This document shows positions 56,861 through 64,000 of a stretch of 64,000 bases of DNA, piece by piece. The translations under genes were made by a program, and so were the position numbers. This DNA is from Candidatus Omnitrophota bacterium (GTDB lineage: Bacteria; CAIJMQ01). The number at the start of each line of letters is the position of its first letter. Positions within the stretch are counted from its first letter, which is position 1. The notes under the pieces were generated by a model. It was not told the origin of the DNA. It worked only from the letters and a program-made list of their open reading frames with translations, and did not search any database. The stretch covers positions 70,957 through 134,956 of the forward strand of contig JAHJCU010000005.1 of NCBI GenBank assembly GCA_018812925.1, written 5' to 3'.

Positions 56861-57082
56861 TTATTTGGAAATCTTAGAGGTATTTCTGCGGGGGTTTAAT
56901 GCTCTGGCAATTCTCAAATCAGTTTCTATACCATCTAATATATTCTTGGAATTGATAATGTTTAAAGAAACCGCTTCTTTGTGAAGGGCTTCATATATAG
57001 ACAAAGCTTTTTTGTAGGAAAGATTTTCGTTTTTGATGAGTTGTTTGTTGAATTTGTTTAATTTAATTGTATTTTTTATCAT
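56861..57082 (-). CDS. Small hypothetical protein (73 aa) immediately upstream of, and co-oriented with, the nucleotidyltransferase-like gene.
   Basis: An 8-nt gap to the downstream gene. No recognisable motif. Confidence 0.3.
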   Translation of the reverse strand: MIKNTIKLNKFNKQLIKNENLSYKKALSIYEALHKEAVSLNIINSKNILDGIETDLRIARALNPRRNTSKISK

Positions 57083-57338
57083 CTTTTTTGTTTAATACAT
57101 CTTATATAAACCTCTTGTTTGTGTCAAACGGCATATGTTAAAAAGATGCTTTAAAAACCGCTTGAATTTTGATATAATTTATCAAAAGAATCAATGACCA
57201 AGATACAAGAAACAATAACCAAACAATATCCAAATTCCAAATTCAAATAACCAAACTATTTGTTTCTCTGAGTACTTGCTTTTGTTTAGTTATTTGGTGA
57301 TTAATATTTTTAATTTTAAATAGGAGGACTAAAAGAAA

Positions 57339-59759
57339 ATGCCGGAAATTATCAAGCAGGTAAACATCGAAGAAGAGATGAAAACGTCCTATTTGGACTA
57401 TGCTATGAGCGTCATAGTAGCGCGCGCTTTGCCTGATGTAAGAGACGGCTTAAAACCTGTTCATAGAAGAATTTTATTCGCTATGCGTGACTTGAGCCTC
57501 TTCCCTAATCGTCCTTTCAGGAAATGCGCTAAAATCACGGGCGATGTATCCGGAAATTACCATCCTCACGGCGCAGATATCGTATATCCTTCGCTTGTTA
57601 GGTTGGCCCAAGATTTTTCTATGAGATATCCGCTTGTAACAGGACAGGGAAATTTTGGCTCAATTGATGGCGACCCACCTGCAGCTATGCGTTATACTGA
57701 AGCGAAAATGTCGCATTTAGCCGTAGAAATGTTGGAAGATATAGAACAGGAAACAGTAGATTTTGCTTCCAATTATGACGGAACTTGTCTTGAGCCGGTA
57801 GTTCTTCCTTCTAAAATTCCAAATTTGCTTCTAAACGGTTCATCAGGAATTGCCGTTGGAATGGCAACTTCTATTCCGCCTCATAATCTAACGGAAATCA
57901 CTAAGGGTTTAGTGTTGCTTTTGGAAAATCCCAAAGTAACTACTGAAGAAATTATGAAACTTGTCACAGGTCCCGACTTTCCCACAGGCGGAATCATTCA
58001 AGGGAGAAACGGTATAAATGACGCTTATTCGACAGGCAGGGGATTAGTAAGAGTTCGAGGTAAAGCTTTCATAGAAGGAGAAGAAGACGAAAAGCGAAAG
58101 ATAGTTATTTCCGAAATTCCTTACATGACAAATAAGGCGCGGCTTGTAACATCAATTTCCGAATTGGTAAGAGAGAAAAAAATTGAAGGAATATCAGATC
58201 TCAGAGACGAATCCGATAAAGACGGAATGAGAATCGTTCTGGAGATAAAAAGAGGTAAAGAACCGCAAGTCGTTTTGAATAAACTTTATCAGCATACTGC
58301 TCTTCAAACGACTTTTGGAATTATTCTTTTGGCATTGGTCGACAGAAGACCCAGAATCCTGCCGCTTAAGGATGTGATGGCGGATTTTCTATCTCACAGA
58401 GAAGAAGTGGTAAAACGGCGAACCGCCTTTCAATTAAGAAAAGCAAAAGAAAGAGCGCACATATTAGAAGGGTTAAAAATAGCGTTAAAAAATTTGGACG
58501 AAATAATTAAACTCATCAAGGGTTCTCAAAACGCAGAAATCGCAAGAGAGAACTTAATCAAATCTTTTGACCTTTCTCAAATCCAAGCCCAATCGATTCT
58601 GGATATGAGATTGCAGCGGCTTACAGGTCTTGAGAGAAAGAAAATAGAGGAAGATTATTTGGCTGTTATAAAAGAAATCGTCCGACTTGAATCGCTGCTT
58701 GCTTCGTCTGTTCAAATAAGAAGTGTAATCAAGGAAGAATTAATCTACCTTCAGGAAAAATACGGTGATGAAAGAAGAACTAAGATTGTGGATGCACAGC
58801 CGATGTTAAACGATGAAGATTTTATTGAAGAAGAAGACATGGTTGTTACGATTTCTAAACAGGGTTATATAAAACGTCTTCCTCTTAACACTTATAGGAC
58901 GCAGGGAAGAGGCGGAAAGGGAATTATCGGCGCCGGCACCAAAGAAGAAGATTTCATAGAGGATATATTCATTGCGTCAACTCATGATTATATACTCTGC
59001 TTTTCTAATTTGGGGAAAGTTTATTGGATAAAAGTATACGAAATCCCGCAGGCGGGAAGATTATCAAAAGGACAAGCAGTAGTAAACTTTTTGAAACTTC
59101 CAGATGAAGAGAGAATAACCGCGTTTTTATCGGTTAAAAATTTTTCCCAAGAGGGATATGTTTTCATGGTAACAAGACGTGGCAAAGTTAAAAAGACACC
59201 TTTGTCAAATTTCTCCCATCCGCGCACCACGGGAATAATAGCATTGGGATTGGAAAAAGATGACGAGCTTATAGGCGTTGACCTTATAAAAGGCGACGAG
59301 GATATATTAATCGCGACCAAAAACGGCAGAGCGATTCGATTCTCCGGCAAACAAGTCCGTTCTATGGGAAGAACAGCAAAAGGAGTTCGAGGTATAAGAC
59401 TAAAACCCAAAGACGAAGTTGTGGGCAGAGAAATAGTAAAAGAAGACGAATCGCTTCTTGTAGTCACCAGCAAAGGTTTCGGTAAAAAATCTACATATGA
59501 GCTATATCCAAAAAGGGGTAGAGGCGGAAGTGGTGTAATTAACATAAGACAATGCAAGAGAAATGGTGAAGTCATAAGCATTGCCGGAATAAAAAAGACC
59601 GACCATATGCTGATAGTGACACAAAACGGCAAGATTATCCGAATGGATAGCGCTTCGATGAGAAATATCAGCCGCAACACAATGGGTGTGCGTTTGGTGT
59701 CTCTTGGCGAGGGCGATTGTATCTCATCCTTTACGATTGTTAAGGAAGAAGAAGTATGA
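57339..59759 (+). CDS. gyrA: DNA gyrase subunit A.
   Basis: 'ALPDVRDGLKPVHRRILFAM', active-site 'RYTEAKM' (Tyr) and C-terminal beta-pinwheel repeats including the GyrA-box-like 'QGRGGKG'. 806 aa. Confidence 0.9.
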   Translation: MPEIIKQVNIEEEMKTSYLDYAMSVIVARALPDVRDGLKPVHRRILFAMRDLSLFPNRPFRKCAKITGDVSGNYHPHGADIVYPSLVRLAQDFSMRYPLVTGQGNFGSIDGDPPAAMRYTEAKMSHLAVEMLEDIEQETVDFASNYDGTCLEPVVLPSKIPNLLLNGSSGIAVGMATSIPPHNLTEITKGLVLLLENPKVTTEEIMKLVTGPDFPTGGIIQGRNGINDAYSTGRGLVRVRGKAFIEGEEDEKRKIVISEIPYMTNKARLVTSISELVREKKIEGISDLRDESDKDGMRIVLEIKRGKEPQVVLNKLYQHTALQTTFGIILLALVDRRPRILPLKDVMADFLSHREEVVKRRTAFQLRKAKERAHILEGLKIALKNLDEIIKLIKGSQNAEIARENLIKSFDLSQIQAQSILDMRLQRLTGLERKKIEEDYLAVIKEIVRLESLLASSVQIRSVIKEELIYLQEKYGDERRTKIVDAQPMLNDEDFIEEEDMVVTISKQGYIKRLPLNTYRTQGRGGKGIIGAGTKEEDFIEDIFIASTHDYILCFSNLGKVYWIKVYEIPQAGRLSKGQAVVNFLKLPDEERITAFLSVKNFSQEGYVFMVTRRGKVKKTPLSNFSHPRTTGIIALGLEKDDELIGVDLIKGDEDILIATKNGRAIRFSGKQVRSMGRTAKGVRGIRLKPKDEVVGREIVKEDESLLVVTSKGFGKKSTYELYPKRGRGGSGVINIRQCKRNGEVISIAGIKKTDHMLIVTQNGKIIRMDSASMRNISRNTMGVRLVSLGEGDCISSFTIVKEEEV

Positions 59760-59769
59760 TTTTTAACAA

Positions 59770-59850
59770 CGGTTATCGGAAAAGAGAAAGACGGTGTTCG
59801 GTTTTCGCAGTAACGATAACCGAAAACCTATAACCGTTTTCTTTTTTTTG
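59770..59850 (+). terminator. Rho-independent terminator-like structure after gyrA.
   Basis: CGGTTATCG ... CGATAACCG inverted repeat plus CGGTTTTCG/CGAAAACCG, followed by TTTTCTTTTTTTT. It contains the GAAAACC...ATAACC motif also seen flanking the pyrK inserts. Confidence 0.45.
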
Positions 59851-59852
59851 AA

Positions 59853-60269
59853 ATGGGTACCTACCACCTAATCGACCACACTGCTGACATCGGCATTTTT
59901 ATTGAAGGGAAAGATTTAAAAGACCTGTTTTCAACTGCTGCTTATGCGATGTTTTCGCAGATGTTTGATTTGGATAAGCTCGAAGAGAAAGAAAAAAAGA
60001 AAATAGAACTTGAAGGCGCGAATTTAGAAGACTTGCTCATTAGATGGCTAAATGAGTTATTATTTCTTTCGGATAGTGGTTATATATTCAAACAATTTAA
60101 TATAGAAATACTGCAACAAAACTCTCTTTCCGCAACTGTAAAAGGCGAAAAAATAGATTTTCAAAAAACATCTCTAAAACAACAAATCAAAGCCGCAACT
60201 TATCATCAGTTGGAAATCAAAAAAGCGGATTCAGGAAACTTGCAGGCAACAATTATCTTCGATGTGTAA
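59853..60269 (+). CDS. Archease (RtcB activator).
   Basis: 'YHLIDHTADIGIFIEGKDLKDLF' is the archease N-terminal signature. 138 aa. Confidence 0.7.
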   Translation: MGTYHLIDHTADIGIFIEGKDLKDLFSTAAYAMFSQMFDLDKLEEKEKKKIELEGANLEDLLIRWLNELLFLSDSGYIFKQFNIEILQQNSLSATVKGEKIDFQKTSLKQQIKAATYHQLEIKKADSGNLQATIIFDV

Positions 60270-60297
60270 TCTTCAAACTTACAACTTATAACTTTTT

Positions 60298-61557
60298 TTA
60301 CGTTCCCATATCCCAAGAAGCAAGATATTCCTCTTGCTCTGGAGTGAGAACATCTATGGCGGTATTCATAGATTCCAATTTAAGCCGGGCTATTTCGTCG
60401 TCAATTTCTTTGGGAACGGGATAAACCTTGTTTTTAAAAGTCCCCGCCTTGTTCTTTATATACTCGCAGGAAAGTGCCTGATTTGCAAAACTCATATCCA
60501 TAACCTCGGAAGGATGGCCTTCGGCACAAGCTAAATTGACAAGCCTTCCTTCACCTAAAAGATGGATTTTATTGCCATTTTCTAAAGTATATTCATCAAT
60601 AAAACCTCTGATTCTTCTTTTTCCCTTCGAAATTTTTTCCAATTTTTCGATATCTATTTCAACATTGAAATGACCTGAGTTTGATAAGATAGCACCATCT
60701 TTCATCGCCATAAAATGTTCTTCTCGGACAACATGTAAATCCCCCGTAGCAGTTACTATGACATCTGCAGTTGGGCAAGCTTCAATAAGAGTTTTCACTT
60801 CAAATCCATCCATAATTGCTTCCAACGCTTTTAGGGGGGAAACTTCGGTAACAGTAACTCTTGCACCCAATCCTTTAGCGCGAGAGGCAATTCCTCTGCC
60901 GCACCATCCATACCCACATACGACAAACCTACTTCCTGCTAAAAGTTTATTCGTAGCTCTCAAGATTCCATCAATTGTACTCTGTCCTGTACCGTAACGG
61001 TTATCAAACAGATACTTGGTATTAGCATCATTGACTGAAACGAGAGGATAGGGGAGTTTTCCGTCTTTTTCCATTGCCTTCATCCTAATAACACCTGTCG
61101 TTGTCTCTTCACTTCCTCCAATCATATTAGGAAGAAGTTCTTTGCGGGATGAATGCAAGGTTGAAACTAAATCAGCACCGTCATCCATAGTATATTGAAG
61201 CCCGCTATCCAAAACTTTTTGTATATGCTGATAGTAGGAATCTCTGTCTTCACCCTTAATAGCGAATACGGGAATCTGGTAATCTTTCACTAAAGATGCA
61301 GCAACCTCATCTTGCGTGGAAAGCGGATTTGAAGCGCAAAGTTCAACAGATGCGCCGCCCTCTTTTAACGTAATCATTAAATTTGCAGTTTCACTTGTTA
61401 CATGAAGACACGCCCCGATTTTCAAATCTTTAAGTGGCTTTTCTTTTTTGAATCGTTCTCTTATCAATGCAAGAACAGGCATTCTTTTATTAGCCCATTC
61501 TATTTTTAACTTACCTTCCTCGGCAAGACTGATATCTTTTATATCATAATCCATCAT
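60298..61557 (-). CDS. ahcY: Adenosylhomocysteinase.
   Basis: '[21 protein letters not shown]', NAD motif '[12 protein letters not shown]'. 419 aa. Confidence 0.9.
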   Translation of the reverse strand: MMDYDIKDISLAEEGKLKIEWANKRMPVLALIRERFKKEKPLKDLKIGACLHVTSETANLMITLKEGGASVELCASNPLSTQDEVAASLVKDYQIPVFAIKGEDRDSYYQHIQKVLDSGLQYTMDDGADLVSTLHSSRKELLPNMIGGSEETTTGVIRMKAMEKDGKLPYPLVSVNDANTKYLFDNRYGTGQSTIDGILRATNKLLAGSRFVVCGYGWCGRGIASRAKGLGARVTVTEVSPLKALEAIMDGFEVKTLIEACPTADVIVTATGDLHVVREEHFMAMKDGAILSNSGHFNVEIDIEKLEKISKGKRRIRGFIDEYTLENGNKIHLLGEGRLVNLACAEGHPSEVMDMSFANQALSCEYIKNKAGTFKNKVYPVPKEIDDEIARLKLESMNTAIDVLTPEQEEYLASWDMGT

Positions 61558-61692
61558 TTACTCCTTTTATTGATTAAACAATAATTTTGAATTTGATTTT
61601 TAACACAAAAGATTGATGTCTGTCAAAAGGACATCTGATTATTATTTCCTGTAAAATTTTTTCCATAATTCACAAATACCTTAGCCATAATT

Positions 61693-62193
61693 TTAAAATT
61701 GTAATTTCTGAATTAATCCTATCCCTGCAATTGAAAGAACGGTTACGGTTATACCCGCAAGTAGTATACCTATAAGAATTGCTATAACCGAATATTTGAA
61801 TCTGATTTTGAAAAGCATTGCTGCTACGCAACCTGTCCAAGCTCCTGTTAAAGGAAATGGGATTGCAACAAAAAGCGCCAATCCTATTGCTTCGTATTTT
61901 TCAACTATTTTCGCTTTTCTCTTTGTCCTTTCAAAAAACCAGTCGAAAAATTTCTTGAATGGTCTCCATTTGCTTAAGAATTCGCTGGCGGGTTTCAAGA
62001 AAAGAAGAAGAGGTATTACCGAAATGAAATTTCCCAAAACCGCCAAGAAAAAACTTTTTAGAACCGAAAAATTATAAAGGGCAAGCCCTACGGGTATTCC
62101 TCCTCTTAATTCTGATATCGGCAATGCAGAAATAATCATTACGATTAATTCTTCCGGCAGTCCTTGTAACACTTGAATTATCTTCTCTATCAT
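61693..62193 (-). CDS. Small membrane protein (COG2426 / 'small multidrug export'-like).
   Basis: Four TM helices with a 'SELRGGIPVGLAL' motif. Confidence 0.5.
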   Translation of the reverse strand: MIEKIIQVLQGLPEELIVMIISALPISELRGGIPVGLALYNFSVLKSFFLAVLGNFISVIPLLLFLKPASEFLSKWRPFKKFFDWFFERTKRKAKIVEKYEAIGLALFVAIPFPLTGAWTGCVAAMLFKIRFKYSVIAILIGILLAGITVTVLSIAGIGLIQKLQF

Positions 62194-62220
62194 AAAAATT
62201 ACTTTTATTAAAGATTACCC

Positions 62221-62280
62221 CTAGAAACGCATAGCATTTCAGGGACTAAGTCCTCGGAATCTTGCTAAGATTCCAGAGGG
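62221..62280 (+). repeat. Family A triple-hairpin core copy.
   Basis: CATTTC-AGGGACTAAGTCCT-CGGAATCTTGCTAAGATTC-CAGAGGG, followed by AAGATTC/GAATCTT low-complexity repeats. Confidence 0.55.
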
Positions 62281-62338
62281 AAAATTTAAGATTCGAGATT
62301 TTAAGAATCTTTAATCTTCAATCTTGAATTTTGAATGT

Positions 62339-62992
62339 TTATTTATCCCATCCGTGTTTTCCTATTAAGGGCACAAATGTGCATCCACAAATTGTTTTTG
62401 TTATTAATTCTCCTTTTATTTTTTCCCCGAGGATTAAATCTTGAGAAAAGGGCCCCCCTATTGGAATGACGATTCGGCCGTTTTCAGAGAGTTGTTTAAT
62501 CAAAGGTTCTGGAATTTTGGGCGAACCTGCCGTTACTATAATGCCGTTATAAGGAGCATATTCGCTCCAACCTTCACTTCCGTCGCCCACTTTCACTTTT
62601 ATATTCTGGTATCCCAATTCTTTAAACATTTCTTCAGCTTTTAAAGCAAGAGATTCTATTTTTTCCACAGTATAAACTTCTTTTGCGGTTTTGCTTAAAA
62701 CGGCCGTCTGATATCCCGAACCTGTTCCAATCTCCAAAACTTTTTCGTGTTCTTTAAGCCGAAGCAATTCTGTCATTAAAGCTACCATATAGGGTTGAGA
62801 AATAGTTTGTCCTTCTCCTATGGGAAGAGGAAAATCTTCATATGCGCACGACCTTTGTTGTTCTGAAACGAAAAGATGTCTTGGTATTTGCCCCATAACT
62901 TCCAGGAGTTTTTCGTCTTTTATTCCCCTTGTTTTTAGCTGAACTTCCACCATATTTTCTCGTAATATTTTGTAATCTTCTTTATTAAACAT
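62339..62992 (-). CDS. pcm: Protein-L-isoaspartate O-methyltransferase.
   Basis: SAM motif 'VLEIGTGSGYQTAVL' and 'RIVIPIG'. The ORF caller extends it to 63016. Confidence 0.8.
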   Translation of the reverse strand: MFNKEDYKILRENMVEVQLKTRGIKDEKLLEVMGQIPRHLFVSEQQRSCAYEDFPLPIGEGQTISQPYMVALMTELLRLKEHEKVLEIGTGSGYQTAVLSKTAKEVYTVEKIESLALKAEEMFKELGYQNIKVKVGDGSEGWSEYAPYNGIIVTAGSPKIPEPLIKQLSENGRIVIPIGGPFSQDLILGEKIKGELITKTICGCTFVPLIGKHGWDK

Positions 62993-63045
62993 AATATAGT
63001 CAATAAAGAATAGCAAGTAAAAATAAAAAACTATCTTTATCTTTT

Positions 63046-63771
63046 TTATAGATTTTTCAGGACAAATCTAAAAAATCTTAAAGTATCAATAAACGGATTG
63101 ATTTTGCTTCTTTTTGTAGATTCTGCCAAATAAACTGTGGAAATGGGAATTTCTTTGATTTTGAAACCCTTACGCGCGGCTTTTATTATTACTTCGGATT
63201 CTATTTCGAAATTGGAAGTGGAGAGCTCTATTTTTTTAAGCGCATCGGTTGATATGAGCCTAAAACCTGACTGGCTATCAGAAACACTAGATCTGCTCAA
63301 GACAGAAGTAATAAAAGAAGTGAAATGATTTGTAGCATATCGTATAAAGGGCATACCCGCCTGCTTTTTGGAAGATGGCAGGTCTTTGCATTGCATCCCA
63401 CCACTAATACGATGGCGGGCAAGCATCCTTGAACCGACCACAATATCAGCGTCGCCTTTTTTATATGCTTCTATAAAATTGGGGATTTCACTATATTTAT
63501 GTTGTCCGTCACCGTCTAGGGTTATAACGGCGCCGTAATCTTTGCTTTTTATATAAGAAAAACCTGTTCTTAATGCAGCGCCTTTGCCTTTGTTTTTTTC
63601 ATGCCTTAGGACAATTGCGCCTGCTTTTTTGGCTTCTTCATATGTATTATCAACTGATCCGTCATCAACCACAATTACGTCGGAAATTCCTTCTACTTCG
63701 CGAATTTGTAAAATTAGCTGCCCTATTCTTTCTTTCTCGTTATAAGCTGCAATTAACGCGCATATCTTCAT
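63046..63771 (-). CDS. Family 2 glycosyltransferase (dolichyl-phosphate mannosyltransferase-like).
   Basis: 'ICALIAAYNEKERI', 'VIVVDDGSVD' and 'LDGDGQH' (DxD) motifs. Confidence 0.8.
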   Translation of the reverse strand: MKICALIAAYNEKERIGQLILQIREVEGISDVIVVDDGSVDNTYEEAKKAGAIVLRHEKNKGKGAALRTGFSYIKSKDYGAVITLDGDGQHKYSEIPNFIEAYKKGDADIVVGSRMLARHRISGGMQCKDLPSSKKQAGMPFIRYATNHFTSFITSVLSRSSVSDSQSGFRLISTDALKKIELSTSNFEIESEVIIKAARKGFKIKEIPISTVYLAESTKRSKINPFIDTLRFFRFVLKNL

Positions 63772-63836
63772 AATATTTTTCCGCCTACTTGTTTTGCATC
63801 AAAGCGGGCAAGGAAATAAATTGCCTTTCTACTATG

Positions 63837-63862
63837 TATTTCCAAGTATTTCCACATATTTC
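63837..63862 (-). promoter_or_regulatory. Three GAAATA direct repeats with exact 10-bp phasing, on the gene strand, upstream of the glycosyltransferase gene.
   Basis: The + strand reads TATTTCcaagTATTTCcacaTATTTC, with an additional GAAATA at 63813 on the + strand. Confidence 0.45.
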
Positions 63863-64000
63863 TACCGTATATCTATTTTATTTTTTGTCTACCAGACCTC
63901 TTCAAAAACACACCATTGTTCGGGATAAAGACGGACATATTTTTCTATTACCGTAGCTATTTTCTGCGTGTTAATTCTGATAAATTCCTCTTTATCTTTA

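Noticed and set aside
57181-57300. A CCAAA/AACCAAA-rich low-complexity tract upstream of gyrA, considered as a separate regulatory repeat.
   Set aside because: It partly matches a fragment of the family B element and is otherwise simple AT-rich low complexity. It is not distinctive enough to call.
59021-59680. A 219-aa minus-strand ORF inside gyrA.
   Set aside because: Antisense shadow ORF.

Overview
This is an AT-rich (roughly 35% GC by eye) bacterial chromosomal segment. It is densely packed with housekeeping genes, mostly on the + strand for the first ~50 kb. These include aminoacyl-tRNA synthetases (alaS, argS, thrS, serS), gatCAB, pnp, dut, pyrK/pyrD, gyrA, fhs, queA, nadB, lipB, hldD, ispDF, ahcY and pcm. 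It also carries a TolC–HlyD–MacB-type tripartite efflux operon, a thiol-redox/ACR3 arsenite-efflux cluster, tandem PilT/PilU ATPases, and two tandem pilin-like DUF1559-type proteins. The latter suggest a PVC-superphylum or Omnitrophota-like uncultivated lineage, at low confidence. There are four tRNA genes: Lys-CTT, Leu-GAG, Leu-TAA and Val-GAC. The most unusual region is a ~3.7 kb insert bracketed by tRNA-Lys and tRNA-Leu. It carries an AbrB/MazE-type antitoxin, a PIN-domain toxin, and a translationally coupled 784-aa protein with a clear Bergerat-fold (GHKL/MutL/MORC-like) ATPase N-terminus and an uncharacterised C-terminal half. It is followed by a small GC-richer ORF bracketed by a 300-bp-spaced inverted repeat. 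I regard this as a candidate uncharacterised defence/accessory module. The window is also riddled with several families of short dispersed palindromic (MITE/REP-like) repeats. One ~66-bp triple-hairpin element occurs six times in the same orientation, including twice in-frame inside pyrK, which additionally carries a (CTGTCAT)4 microsatellite. Other notable points are phased GAAATA direct-repeat arrays in three promoter regions, an orphan V-type ATPase subunit D gene, a GntR–permease–ABC module whose permease has a pseudopilin-like C-terminus, and an rsfS gene whose conserved N-terminus lacks any canonical start codon. No rRNA, CRISPR array, integrase or transposase was seen.
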